Source of the DNA: Phoronis australis
Taxonomy: Eukaryota > Animalia > Phoronida
Reading direction: 5' to 3'
Length of the DNA: 61,418 nucleotides
Assembly (NCBI GenBank): GCA_002633005.1
Contig: NMRA01001061.1
Span: 1 to 61,418, forward strand
Position numbers and translations under genes: made by a program. Positions 38,470-52,375 of this stretch are shown in pieces; within the stretch, counting starts at the first letter, position 1; each line of letters begins with the position of its first letter. Under the pieces are notes generated by a model. It worked only from the letters and a program-made list of their open reading frames with translations. It did no database searches and was not told the DNA's origin.

Positions 38470-39965
38470 TGTTGTTTGACTTTCACTTGTGGATATCGAA
38501 CAGAGCCCCGCCTACTGCGTGACACCTCTGCTGTGGACGTCGTTCTCGTTGATTTTCAGGCACATGTTGAAAAAGAATGCAAAAAGTTTATCTACAAATA
38601 GCGCATGGCACGGAGATATTCAATTTTTGCTCTTCCAAAGCAATCGGCTCACATTGGAGAATTAACCAAAATACTACAATAACACTTTTTGGCAAAAAAA
38701 TACTAGTCCTCGACTTTTTATAGATTACCGTGAGGTAAGTGACGGCCCAACACCAGACCACTATAGCTGCACGCACGCCAAAACTAAAAAAGGCGGGAAT
38801 CTTTCTATTTCATTGATCTGTCCAGCGTTTCTTGGCTACCCACTGTCTCCCATTCGATGCGCATGGACAATCGAGACCGACCGAAAGCACTTGCTGAACT
38901 TGACATTCAACCGCTTCCACATCGGGTTTGGATTGCATGACCGACAGGTTAGAGGTTTTAGATGTCGAGAACACTACAGTTCTTGAGCGTGCATGCTGTA
39001 CTAGGCATCCGTGGAGCGTCATTTTGATTGGCTTGTCTACGTATTACAATGGTTATACATCCAGCAGCCTGTAAGTTCGACGCTACGCATCGAAAGTCAA
39101 CCACACAACCGGTGCAGGTCGCTATAATCTGTTGTCAACTAAGCACGGCGATTTTGTAGCGGTCGTGAACTATAAAAACCCAGATTCTCTTATCTCAGCC
39201 CAGGTCGCACTTCGCGCTACATATATCTGTGGTACGTTTAAGTTCAATACGGCCATGTATTAAAATTAAAAACAAATTACAAACAAATGATGCGCGGAGA
39301 GATTGCATTTTACGAAGGTCCTGAGAGTTAAGAAGCCATGCGTGCAGGTAAATTCCCTATTGAAGAGATGTTAAAATACTTTGTACAACAATTTAAGACA
39401 TATCATGGTTTAATGGAGATGAGTGTACTGAAGCCTCTTGATGACGACTTTGAGACACGCATAGAATACAGTGCATATGCTCTTTGTCATCCAAAAAGTT
39501 TATCGTGTTCAAGATATTCGACAATGGAAACAAACAACGCCCAGCAAAGTATGGCCGACGACGTTGACTTTCAGCATAACCAGCGACCATTCAAGGTTAC
39601 AAAGTACAAAAGGCATTTGGACATTTCTGGCTTCGATCGCTTTGTACGAATATCCTTCCAGCATCTCAATCTGCTCGAATATCAAAATTGCGCTTATCAA
39701 GGACACTTTATTAGGGATGGTGGGCCGTTTTGTGGAAATATTTATGAAAGCGAAGTAGTTAGTGGCCAAATAATGTCTTATTACGTAAGTTCATCAACAG
39801 TGATTTTTTTAGGATTTTATACTCTTCACCCACATCGCGTGCAAATAATTGTCATGGTTACGATTGAGGAATTTGAATGCAAAGGTTATTTTTAACAGAA
39901 GTCGCGAGCATAATTCAATTACCGCTTTTGTTTTGCGTAAAAATTCAAAGGCAACCATTTCTGTA
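38470..39965 (+). pseudogene. Decayed fourth receptor copy (5' part of exon 1 only)
   Basis: Frameshifted and stop-containing pieces collinear with exon 1 of A/B/C: AVDVVLVDFQ..EC; LQIAHG...FC; RLFIDY...SCTHAKTKKGGNLSI...PIRCAWTI...LNLTFNRFHI; CMTDRLEV...ERAC; RYIYLWYV*; IAFYEGP; ORF 39338-39895 (FVRISFQ...NCAYQG...GPFCG...GQI...GFYTL...IEEFECKG); IIQLPLLFCVKIQR. Weaker similarity may extend to about 40340. Confidence 0.85.
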
Positions 39966-41179
39966 GCAAAGGTCTATTTTTAATTTATCACTCAATTTCG
40001 TAAATAGAATTGTAGGGACTCACTGTTGGCTTATTTGCTGAGAGGAAATAAAAATTACAATAATCGCAATAAATCAGTTGTAGTTTCATTAGAACTCTTA
40101 CAGTCGTGAGTAACGTTGGCGATGGTAAGCGCAGTTACAAAGTTCATAGTATAATTTGCTTGAGCCTGCATAGAGAGATGACGTAATCATAAAGAGAACT
40201 CTTGACTACGATAAGTATGTTTTCCACGGATTTACAGCCAACAAGCGGCAAGGCTTGTTCAACCATTCAAAACATGTTGTGTTTGGTGAATTATATTGGT
40301 GTTGAGAGAAAGTGGGTAGAGTCTGCGTTCTGGATATTAACCATGCGTTCACCCTGCCTAGAAAACGGTGGGGGCTCGATTTTTTGAGAATGAGGACCTT
40401 TTACTAAAAAAATGGATACGTTTACGGCTATGAATTGTGCATTCGCCGAATTTTGGTAGTTCTTGCCTTTTTAGTGGGATTTTGTCTCGTTGTTTACTTT
40501 TTCGAACTTTTTGTTTCTCCGAGGCGGACTTTTTTGCCCACTTCGCCAAATGGGGGGCTTATTTGAGCCTCCCGTGCCCCCCGGGTGTGCGTATGTACTA
40601 ACAAGTGTTCTTGGGTGTGAAATATGTAAATTACATGATTTCACTTAAACAATGTTAACTACATTTACTAATGTAATTCTCACTGCACAACGCTTCTTTT
40701 CAGACGACAGGAACCTCACTTATGTCAACAAAAATGGTACGGCTACTAAAATATCGGTTACTATGGTAACACTAGGTCTACTTCGACGGAAGTACACTGC
40801 ATGTACCTGAAAAATCTGCAGAACGCGTTATTTTTATTATCGCGTCTTCCACTACATAACAACTTAAAATAAATGGACATCTAGAAGAACCCATGCCCTT
40901 GAAATTTATACAAATTACATTGCCTACACTGCTTGGTGTCAGATTCACGCGTTTCAGATCCACATGTTTATCTTTATCTTGAATGATCGGTCAGTTTGTG
41001 AGCTCTCAGTGCCATAAATATTGCACAGCGATTAACAGACAAAGTTGACTGTAATCTGTAAACTCGTAGACACTAAAAAGTGCATTCTGAAATACAAAAG
41101 TAAACTGATTTTGTTCGGCATCGGTGAATATCAACCTGAGCCAACGTCAAGTCCAATGACAATTCACCATCCCATCATC

Positions 41180-41800
41180 ACAGGTGTATCCCCAAAGATC
41201 TGTTTTTGTTTACATTAATGACCTCCACAGATTCACTTCTCTTGAGACCCTTAGGAATGAGAATACCTGTCTAATGTACATACCTTTGTCTACAAAACCA
41301 ACGAGCAACGGAAATGAAACCAATAATAGGCTGTAATACGTATCCACATGGTTACCAAGCAACAAACTGCCATTAAATGTCACCAAAACTATAGTATTAC
41401 ATGATACTCCACCTCCATCGGAACAAAATCAACTCAATGGTTAATGCCTAAGGTTAGCATAAATATTGAAAAACTAGCTTTTGTTGAAACGTTTAAATTT
41501 TTGAAATAACGTTTGGTGACTCTTTATCCTGGTCTGAATATATTAATCCGGCAGGAATAAAGAATGCATAAATGCGTTCTCAATAAACTGAAGAAATTTC
41601 TGCTTTTATACATACTGACCACGACTTTGTACTTTTTGGTTCATGCTCACTTATTTTGGCGCCACAAAATGGAGCTGTGTCAGCAGATTACACTTACTTC
41701 TAGAAGGAACCTTAAGAACAATCACCAACTCACTATTTTGTCAAATCCACTATTTTACTCAAATCCAATATGCAGATTACTAAAAGTGCCTCTGCTCAAA
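41180..41800 (+). mobile_element. Degenerate CR1/L2-type LINE reverse-transcriptase fragment
   Basis: Broken-frame motifs GV.P, FVYINDL (about 41205), TWLPSNKLPLNVTKT (41346), ETFKFL, DSLSWSEYIN and LNKLKKFL, in the order expected for the C-terminal part of a CR1/L2 RT. Confidence 0.7.
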
Positions 41801-42254
41801 GTCACTCTTAATATATCCTGCTTGAAACAGCTTTGGGTTTACACCTCAGAGCGAGGACCCAAGAAGAATAGAGCTAGCAGTTCAAAACCACACATCACTT
41901 GTCATGTTAGTAAATAAGATGGCCGTGATTGGTCCAAGTCAAAGTTGGACTGAAAGTGGGTTCATAACCGCACACATAATCACAACTTTCAAGCACGTTC
42001 TGATCCGAAATTATCACAATAAACTCCATTAAATTGTTGAATGGACTCTACAATTAAATGGAAAATTGTTTGATGAATAAGTTACAAAAGCGAAATTTGA
42101 TAGCACGTAACCTCTTCAGTAAACGATCAGTTTCTAGTCACGTGTTGGTCAATGCGAGTTAAAAGCTCGTTCACAGACGTGCTAGTAAAACAGCGGGAGA
42201 AACGCACTCTTCATTTTATTTCTCTACGAATTCAGCTAAATATAATCTTCAGTC

Positions 42255-45200
42255 ATGTTTGATCTTCCGTTGTTGTTCCTTGTCCTTTTAAGGGTTATCT
42301 GTATTTCGAAAAGCCAAGTCGACCCCTGTGATCTCTCCGAGAAACGGTTTGGTGGTAATCTCAGGATAAAAGGAGACAGAAACCGTATGGATTATCCTAT
42401 TTCTTGTGAATGGACTGTCAGAGCGCCACCAGGAAATGTTGTAAATTTAACACTAGTCCGGTTTCATGTGAAGCCATCAGGACCTCGATGTTCATCCGAT
42501 AAACTAATTATTAGGGACGGGGACGTGAACAGCGCCGTTTTGGATCGAACGTGCGGTGATATGTTGCAGCCGAGTTGGAGCACGGTTTCAACCAATACAT
42601 CACTTTATGTTAGGCTCGTTGCCTCTCAAAACAATTGGGAGTTTGAAGCTTCTTATTCGTTTGTTGGCAACCATGAATATCTGCGTGGAACAGGTACAAA
42701 ACAATTGACACAACGCGAAGGTGGAAAAACATCAGTGGTTGACTACAGTGAATTGGCGTTTTCTTTTGCAGACTTTCGCGAAACATTGTCTTACACGTAT
42801 TTATGGTACATACGAGTTCCCTACGGTTTTATTTTAGAAACTACGATTACTATTTTCAATGCAGCTGACATTGTAGGCAAATTATCCTTGTATGACGGCC
42901 CTCAACCCTATCACCTACTGCGCATGCGTGAACTTGAGCTCAGCAAAATACCGCATGAGCCCTACAGTCATCGCTACAGTGCATTTCATGGAACAATTAC
43001 TATTGAGACCGGAAATGTTGATTTACTAGAGCTTAGTGCACTGCGAATTGCCTATGGTGCCGCAGAAATATCTAATCCACCATGGTGCACCAAAGGCTTA
43101 AAGTCATCTCTTGGACCGACCCCTGTATCAAAAGTACCGTATGTACTACGGATAGGCGTCCCGGGTGCTTCTGTTGCGGACGGAAGTGGCCAGTGCTATT
43201 GGAAATTTTTTGCAAAATCGAATGACCACTTTTTGCGAATAACATTTCTTGAGATGCTCCTTAATGAATATTACAACTGTGGCTATCAAGGAGTGTTTTT
43301 ATATGATGGGGAAGATTTTTCTCGACCTTCAGTGGGACCATTCTGCGGAAAGATATCCCAAAGTTATCACAAAGTAAACACCGGCCAAATAGTGGAACGT
43401 TTCGTTACTTCTACCAGATTCTTGACAGTTGGATTTTATACCCTTTTGCCTGGTCCCCATGACTCGATCTTAGTGGCCAATATTGAGGAGTTTGAGTGTC
43501 AAGGTCACCTAATGCGCATGCCTGAAACTGTAATTCTTCTGCCTACGCGATCCTGTCTTGCAATCTACCGAGTGGGTTTTCTTTCTGAAAATTCAAACCA
43601 GTCTCTTACGTTTCAATCGCAATCAGAGGTTACCATTGCTGGCAAATTCATAAACCTTTTTGGCCCACAGTGTTATGTAAAGTGTAAAGAATACGTTTGG
43701 CTCATGAGTCGGTCACTACAATGCAGCAGGTCACTTGCAACCATTGATAGCGAAGTTAATATATCTCCTGGACACAACAAAACGGTGTTTGCATTATTTT
43801 CCTTATGTGAATGGTCCAACGCAAATATCTTTCTTGTATTTGACATTTGGCTTACGCAAGCATCTATTTACCATAGGGAGTGCGAAAGATACTTGCCGTA
43901 CCGACGTGTTGGCTCTAGCCTGACCGTGTGCTCCGCATGTGGTTTATTGCAAGAACCTGTTGAAGAGGAAACAATTTCTTGGACATTGGGGATGTGGCAA
44001 CCAGACGATGCCAATTGCATCGTTCAAAAACACAGCACTTCCCACTACCAGCTAACAATAGAGTCGTTTTGTAATATTCACATTCTCCATAACATCCAGG
44101 TAAAAGAGCAAATACTACTAGACGCGTGCAATTACAGTAGTCCGAGCCAATGGCAGTCACCTTTGCAACAATACTATAGACTACATTGCAGCAAAAATGT
44201 TAAAAAACCCTTTCCCATGAGCACCGTGGGACCGGACAAGATCGTCATTGAGTACCGACGTTCAAATTATGAACATCCTCTAGTCGTCCAGTATAAGGTT
44301 GTTCTCAACGACGATGACAATCCGATTTCCAACTGCTACGTTAACTCGGAATATCCCTTTGAAACGAGTTGTTATGATATCGTCACGGTGAATCACGAAG
44401 ACGAGTACTCTTGGCACAAAGCCAGGACAGCATGCGTGGAACACGGAAGCGACCTCATTAGTTTAAATACAAAAAGCGAGCACGAATTCGTAATGGAATT
44501 GATTAGAAGGAAGTGGAAGCGCCTGCTGTATGGGGGTTTACCGTATGTGGCGTTATTTATAGGCTTACGACTGGATAATAGCAACTCAATGGAATGGGTC
44601 GACGGCAACCCTGTTGTATTTTCTAGGTGGTATCAACCCGAGGATACCCCGGCTCCCTATATGTGGGGTACCAATGAAGGGTACGTGAACGATATGTTAT
44701 TTGTCATTCCAAACATGCAACGTCAGCCAATCAAGCAAGTGGGAAGTGAATGTACTGTAATGGTTATCCAGAATCCTCAGCTCGGTGACAGTTGGTTCTT
44801 GGTTCCATGCAGCTTCCGGTTACATTATACAGCTGTTGCGTGTGAGAAAAAACTTAACTGTTCATCTAGCAATACAAATACCTGCGCACATAGGCAGACT
44901 CCCGAGTCAAACATCAACAGTACAACGCGATGTCGGCTTGGGTGGACCTACAATACAGGTAAATGTTACCGAATTCAAACAAGCGATGGTCCATCGATAA
45001 CATCTCTCTGCTGCGCACGCGCAAAAGAGGTGTGTAAAAGAGTGGGTGGTCAAATTGCATCACCAAGCATCGCTGTGGCAAGTAAGCTGGTCACGTTTTG
45101 GAAAATATTTCCGGAGCAAGGTTCGATTTGGTTAGCCGCTAGAGGTCGGTGTATGCAGCTTGTCGGAAAACGCCGTCGAAGTGATCAAGTGTACAAAGGA

Positions 45201-45439
45201 ACACCGGATATCTGGAATTTCACGAACGCCAACTGCTCATCTTCACGGAATACCCTTTTGACTGTCATGTGTGAATACAATGCTCCTTTGCATGGTTACT
45301 GGCCAAAGTGCAGTGAGACACAGTGGGTTTGTGAAGATGGCACGTGCATTTCAGTTCTCGCGCTGTGTGATGGAACGAAGGATTGTCTGCACGGCGAGGA
45401 TGAAGAGAACTGCAGCGCTTCGGAAACAGGCCGCTTGCG
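42255..45439 (+). CDS. GRL101-like: Receptor copy C, coding exon 1 (signal peptide, CUB modules, spacer, 2 CTLD, LDLa)
   Basis: Signal peptide MFDLPLLFLVLLRVICISKS. Clear CUB (YPISCEWTVRAPPGNVVNLTLVRFHV...CSSDKLIIRDG...CG...FEASY), CTLDs (SWHKARTAC...DLISLN; CRLGWTYNTGKCY), LDLa. Donor TTGCG|GTAAGA at 45439/45440. Confidence 0.9.
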
Positions 45440-45813
45440 GTAAGATTATAACGTAAATGGATACTAAACTCGACAGCACTTTACTTTTTTAATACACAGT
45501 TGCCATTAGAGCAATAATATTGCTTCTTTGAAGCATAACTATTCGCTGTTACCTAAATGTACGTCTACTCTCAGCGGTTTAGACAAGTTTGAAGTCGTTA
45601 CCAAAAAAAGAAACATCAATTTTTGATCTATGGTGACATCATTTTAATGACACTCAGAAATAGTTGAATTTGGTAACGTTCAGTTTCAGATAGAGGGCGT
45701 TCGAAACGAGTAACTTCACAGGATAAATGTCCAGTTTCATAATTCAGTTTTGATACTTTAAATTCTTAATGATAAAGCCTTAAGTTATCACTGAGTCAAT
45801 TTTGCTCTCGTAG
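45440..45813 (+). other. Phase-2 intron of copy C (374 bp)
   Basis: GTAAGA donor and TTTTGCTCTCGTAG acceptor. Joins LR|CANKKYVSLSTACDF in frame with ORF 45839. Confidence 0.85.
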
Positions 45814-48040
45814 GTGCGCGAATAAGAAATATGTTTCTTTGTCAACTGCATGCGACTTTTCTCGAGAATGTGAAGGGGCATCAGACGAGGACTTTTGTGT
45901 TTTCCCGCCGTGCAAGAGTACAGAGTTTCGTTGCCATTCAGGTCAGTGTGTTCCACAAAACTCAACTTGCGATTTTACAGACCATTGCATTGACGCATCT
46001 GATGAAGATAACAGTGTCTGTCAATGGAAGAACAAATGCGACTTACATGGAGGGTTCCTTTGCCACAGCGACGCATGCATTCCTATGTACAAAAGGCAAA
46101 ATATGGTTGTAGATTGTGATGGCATAGTTCAAGAGGATGAAATTACCTCTTCGCACGAACTTACGTCACTTCACTGCCGGTCTGCTTCTCAGTCTAGATG
46201 TAGACTTCACCATCCTTCTTGCTTCGAAAGATCTCGCGCATGCGTGCACGACAGAACTAAACGCAGTGTAGGATGTGGCGACAACAGTCATCTGACTAAT
46301 TGTCGTGACTTTGAATGTCCCGGACTGTTGAAGTGCCCCAAAAGCTACTGTGTACCTCGCCATGTTGTCTGTGATGGCGTGTGGGACTGCGTAGGGGGAC
46401 ACGATGAAATAAACTGTGCCAGTTACTACTGTCCAGGCGCCTTTCGATGTCAAGGTGAACAGAAATGTATCGATCAAATTATGATTTGTGATGGTGTGCG
46501 AGACTGTCTCAAAGGAGACGATGAGAAGCTGTGTGACGTAAAAGTAGTTTGTCCAGATACGTGTCAATGTCAAGGTTATGTTCTGAATTGTGAAAACGGA
46601 GAACTTCACCAATTGCCTGCTGGGTCAGAGCCAATGCGAGGAATATTATTTTCCAAGAATAATATAATCCTTACCAACGACACCTTTTCGCGGCATTACA
46701 TGCTCATTACGTTAGATTTGTCTTTTAACAATTTAAGGTGGATTCCCGTGAGCGCCTTTAGAAATTTGACAAATTTATTGCATTTAAATCTCTGTGGAAA
46801 TCACTTGACTAATTTGTCGTTTCCAATTTTCCATGGTTTGCGACTTCTTACCTTGAACATTTCGTTTAACAAATTGTTTGTTGTATCTGAGAGTGGTTTC
46901 AGAGGCTTGCGCAATCGTGTCTCCATCGATATGCGTTACAATAGCAGGTTTTTGGCAGTTCACAGCGAAGCATTTGACAATGTTAATGTCAAAAAGCTTG
47001 AAACAGACAGCTTTAGATTTTGCTGTCTTATACAAAACAGTCTTGGTGAAGGAGAATCAGAGGGTGAAGACGTCACGTGCACACCTAAAAAAGACCCATT
47101 TTCATCTTGCTCAGATTTAATGTCCAATCACTTCCTGCGCGTTGCATTGTGGGTCCTAGGAGTGCTAGCATTTATAGGTAACATTTTTGTACTGATATGG
47201 AGGTTCAAATCATCACTCAAATCTGTCGGTTCTTTCTTGATCGTTGTCCTGGCCTTTTCTGATCTTTTAACCGGAATTTACATGTTGACTGTCGCTGGTG
47301 CAGATTCGTATTACTTGTGGAAGGGAGTCTATTTTCTCTATGATCCGAGATGGCGCAGCGGTGCTGTTTGCCAAACGGCTGGCTTTTTAGCTTTCGTGTC
47401 TGGCGAAATGTCGGTGACTGCCATGTTGGTCATTACCATTGATCGATTAATTTCACTCGTTTTCGTTTTCAAAGTGCAACCTTTGAAACTTTTCCAAGTT
47501 AGACTTATAATGATCGCGTCCTTCGTTTGTTGGCTAACACTGGCGGCTCTTCCGCTGATGCCTATTGAATATTTCGGAGACGAAAACTCTTTTTATGGAA
47601 CAACTTCAGTCTGCCTTCCGTTCACATTAACCTCCACGAACGAACTGTCGCTGTTCAAAATAGCTATTTTCATTATTTTCAACTTTGCGTCGTTTGTGTT
47701 CATTGCTGTAAGTTATTTGGCGATTTTTCTGCGCACGAAAAGCAGCAGGAAAGCTTCTGGTAAAAAAGCAAACGACAAAGAAATAAGGCTGGCCAAAAGA
47801 CTTAGTATTCTCGTCATGACTGACTTTTGCTGTTGGATTCCAGTAGTCATAGCGGGAATCATGGCTGCCTGTGGTACGGCTATCTCCCCTGAATTTGTAG
47901 CCTGGATGGCGGCTATCATACTTCCCATCAATGCTGCATTCAATCCGTATTTGTACACACTCTCTTCAATCAAATGCGGGCAGAGGAAATCGACGCCGGC
48001 GGAGGAATCGTCTGTTAACACGACTCAGTCAAGAACTTAG
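45814..48040 (+). CDS. GRL101-like: Receptor copy C, coding exon 2 (LDLa modules, LRRs, hinge, complete 7TM); spliced product 1803 aa
   Basis: LDLa/LRR/7TM motifs as in copy B (DPFSSCSDLM, TIDR, TDFCCWIP, NAAFNPYLYT). 3185+2227 nt = 1804 codons including the stop. Confidence 0.92.
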
Positions 48041-48994
48041 CAAATGTAAAATTGAATGGACATTGCATTGAGTTTCCTTAATAGCATCGGACTTGCACAG
48101 GCCACATACGTTGGGGGTGTGCTCGAAACAATTGAGAACATGTTTTAACAAGCTTAAAAGTGCTTAACTACCTGAAAGCTAGTTGTGATGACCCTATGGC
48201 CTTTATTGCAGAAATAAAATTGATTGGTTAATTACATTTTGTTAACACAAGAACGCAAGGAAAAGACGATTCTGTCCACTTCTTTACTGAATTTGTACAC
48301 TTAAGCGATGTTCTCTTAAAACAGTCTAATAAACGCTAAGTATCCAAAGAAGACAGTGATCTTTTATTTATGATAAAATGTGATGTTCATATGAAGTGGA
48401 CTTGTGACTGAATCGTAGTTTCCTTGCAGTCTAGATGTGTTCTTGGCGAGGAGATGATAGTTGTTCGTGTATGTTGGCAGAATCCTGAAAGAACTCACCA
48501 TAACAGAAACGACGGAATGAAACTGAAGATTTGCTGTAAACTTTGACGTCATTTTCGTATTGTAGATAACCTGGGTAACGATCTATTATTCGGAGATGTT
48601 CTGATTTTTGTCAGACTTTCAATGTAGTTCCACGCACGGCTTTGTGAATGACGTGTTAAACAGGAGGGCAACAGATTTGATGACACCTTTTTTAACAGTG
48701 CATATCTGTAGTTATATTCGGCGCAAATTACTGTTATCTTGGCGGGTATGCAATATATTTTGGGCAACGGGAAGTGACGTAAACGGCCCAGTTCTACATT
48801 CACTTCCATTGAGGAAAGATAAATGAAATGCGAAAACTGTGACCAATAGGCAATGTGACAATAATTTCCCTCAATGGGGAACAGTAGTTGACGGGGAAAG
48901 TACATATCCAAGATAACTAAGATTTGCGTTTTTACAAAATCTGACAAAAACAGTGGCTTTCTTCTTCAAACGTTGTCTTTAATTTGCATGTACT

Positions 48995-49843
48995 CTGTTA
49001 AAGGATTTGAAAGAAATTGATAGTTCCGACCAATTCAGTGATGCCACGCCCACCATAATTACTGGTGTTGTGGTCTCCCATGCACAAAACCACTATGGCG
49101 CAACTCAGGAACAAACGTACTGCAGCAACGTGTTCTGTATCGTGCGTTTCCTTTCTCATTTTGGCTCTGTTTCGGTGTACTCTGTTCTTCAAAGTTTTAT
49201 ATGAAGTGTTTTAACTGTTGTGCTTGGCCTGCTAAAGTTGGAAAGTGGCCTCGAAAACCAATTATTCGGAGATGGTTGAATGTAAGGGGATTTGTTCTAG
49301 CCCTAATCTTTAATGTAAACTTGTACAGCGTTTTTTATGAACTTTCTCTGTGGGATCGTAATTATAGTAATCTGTTGTTAAATCAAATATTTGTTCTCCG
49401 GAAACTCTGAGGAAGCTGNCTGTTAAAGGATTTGAAAGAAATTGATAGTTCCGACCAATTCAGTGATGCCACGCTCACCATAATTACTGGTGTTGTGGTC
49501 TCCCATACACAAAACCACTATGGCGCAAGTCAGGAACAAACGTACTGCAGCAACGTGTTCTGTATCGTGCGTTTCCTTTCTCATTTTGGCTCTGTTTCGG
49601 TGTACTCTGTTCTTCAAAGTTTTATATGAAGTGTTTTAACTGTTGTGCTTGGCCTGCTAAAGTTGGAAAGTGGCCTCGAAAACCAATTATTCGGAGATGG
49701 TTGAATGTAAGGGGATTTGTTCTAGCCTTAATCTTTAATGTAAACTTGTACAGCGTTTTTTATGAACTTTCTCTGTGGGATCGTAATTATAGTAATCTGT
49801 TGTTAAATCAAATATTTGTTCTCCGGAAACTCTGAGGAAGCTG
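48995..49843. repeat. 424-bp near-identical direct duplication around an N (probable assembly overlap)
   Basis: 48995-49418 and 49420-49843 differ by a few SNPs and are separated by a single N at 49419. Confidence 0.85.
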
Positions 49844-52375
49844 TGTGCGAGAATTTTAAAAACTATTTTAATCAGAATCAGGTTTGAAGTAAAAACCTTA
49901 GCAATTGGCAGTCATGTACATTGACACGTTTGAATAATAAATGTATTAATGATAATGAATTATTCATATGAGCCAATATACTCTATTCTCTAGATGGAAG
50001 ACATGCCCAATAGAAATGTTGGTTTCCCTTCTGTACTTACGCACTAAGACGAGTACTGCAGAGGAGCCGTTCTCGTTGGTGATATGACAAACTTCCCAAA
50101 TCACATGCTTTTCGTCATAAATCGGGCCAATGTATTCAGAGCTCATGCACACTTGTACAGAACACCATCAAAACGTCTTAGTAATTGACTTCTCCTCAAT
50201 TTGTTAATTAAACATATTGACAATGAATTTAAAAATCTGATATCACAGTATTAGCAAGTAGAAAGGGCTCTCGCCATCTTTGCAAATGGCAGAGCCTCCT
50301 GTTGACTGAATCTGAAACCAATGATTTCATGCACGGTAACACGAACCAGAGGGTAGTCCTTCGCGAGCAGCCCTGACGTCTACAGTACAAGCAAAAATAA
50401 CAGCCAGTGAGGTGACTGACCGGTGAAGTTGAAAGGCTAAACAAAGGGACAAAATGTTGGAAAACTTATTATGTCCGTTACAGTTTTTGCCTCGAATCTC
50501 TCTTGAGTGACTGGCGTTGCGGAACGCGGCCCAGCATTGATGCTCTGACGTACGTGCATCTTATCTAAAAGTATCACTTATTTTGATACTTGCAAATTGA
50601 CTGAAATTATTCAGACGAGAACACATTTCCCTGTGAAAATACAGTTATAGTGGAAAACAGACAAAAACGAAAAAAATCAAATGTGATGTGATTTGTACAG
50701 CAAAATTATTGGAGACAGTGAATAATTGTAGGCCATAACCACAGGTTCATGATGCAACCAAACACGACACAATAGTTTGTGCGTCGCGTTTTAAAATGTC
50801 TGATTACATGAACTTCGTGTGCCGTCGAATGAAACGTGTATTTAACATCTAGTTTAGTAAGACATCGGACGTGGTTTTACAATAACTTACGACACAAAGT
50901 GGTGATGGTAGCGACCAGTGTTGATATCACAGGTCGTAATAATTTTATGCGTTTTAATTGCAACGACTAGTTAGCGGAAATGCAACGACTTGACATTTAT
51001 TCGAGTAAACCAACGATGTTTGCAACAGAAGTGTCAAACGGTACGTAATAAAAGGCAGGTTAGATGTAATTTTGAAGTTGCTCAATTTAAAATGCACGCG
51101 ATTGTTTCAACGTGGGCGAGTTTGAATTCCTGCTATTCTTATGGCGGTTGAAGTACATAGTTGCTCGCATGAAATCCTAATTGTGTTCTTTCGCTAGCGG
51201 CTGAGTAGCGTTCCATCTTCTCGAATATCCAGGAATGTAAATAAATTAGTAGGATATAAGTACTCAAGTGATTATTATAATAACATTTGAGTGTTCGCCG
51301 TAGTTTCAACAAGACCTGTTGACCTATACCTATTCATTGCTATTTTGAAACACCTTTCTATTTTGTATACTTTTCGCAACATTAATGCTAATGGAGTCTG
51401 TCTTCTCTCTTTAAGCGATATAATCGGCAACATGAAATATCACGAAGGTTGGGACTAATGTAAAAGGTGAGGTACAAAGGTACCATTTCCCACCGTTTAC
51501 TTCAAAAATAAACTCATAATTTTTGCGCTTGTTCGCTTAAAGGATCCATCTCCTCCCCTCCTACAGTTTTTTAGATCTATTAGAGGATAGTCATAAGTAA
51601 ACTTTGTGATTTCGTCTAGAGCTTTTATATCAAATGAAATTGTTTGAGTTTATCATATTGCTGATAGGCTGTTATTTACCTTTTCTTTTTCCTATATTCC
51701 GCCAAAAACGATGGCCACGTCACCCAAATATTGACAGATTGTTTTAATTCTAAAAAGCAATTGAAAGACAACAGGTTTTATACTTTCAGTATATATATAT
51801 GTTTACTTTGCGCAGTCTTGCTGACAGGTTTGGTCATGAATGCGATCCATTTTAGACAGGTTGGCACAACTTAAAACTCGTTGTGCTTACTGACGCCGTG
51901 GTTGATACGCTTAGAGGTGGACATCGCTATGTTGTGGTGTGGGTAGGTTTTAAACGTCATTGTTTTTTGTAGTTGAGTAACCAGGTATAGAGTAAACAGG
52001 AAGTGTCCCAATAAGAGGGCTGTTAAACATTGTTTTCAGTGGGCCACACTGGTACAGACATTTTCTAAGCATTACAGACTCGTGCTTAACTGGTCTTTAT
52101 ATCAATGTAATCCGCCGAAAGGTGCCCTTGACTGTCCGTTTCACATTTTAAATATACGCTCTGTTTCTGAAATCGTAAATTAGCTTAAATCAGTCATTTT
52201 GTGACTTTCGTTTTCTGACATAGCGAATTTTCATCGGACCTTATTCTCTGACTTTATGACAAAAATCATAATACATCCTTCAAAATGTCAGTAATTTCCT
52301 GCTAAATCCATACAAGTGTGAGTTATGCCTATGATATCAATTTCCTGGAAACAAGGTACCAAAACGGGCAAAAAC

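Noticed and set aside
8014-48021. Many 60-150 aa ORFs overlapping the receptor exons, some recurring between copies
   Set aside because: Antisense or alternate-frame shadows of the conserved coding sequence.
48995-49843. Tandem 424-bp duplication producing three pairs of twin ORFs (64-69 aa)
   Set aside because: The copies abut a single N and differ by a few SNPs, typical of unmerged allelic contig ends. The ORFs have no recognisable features.
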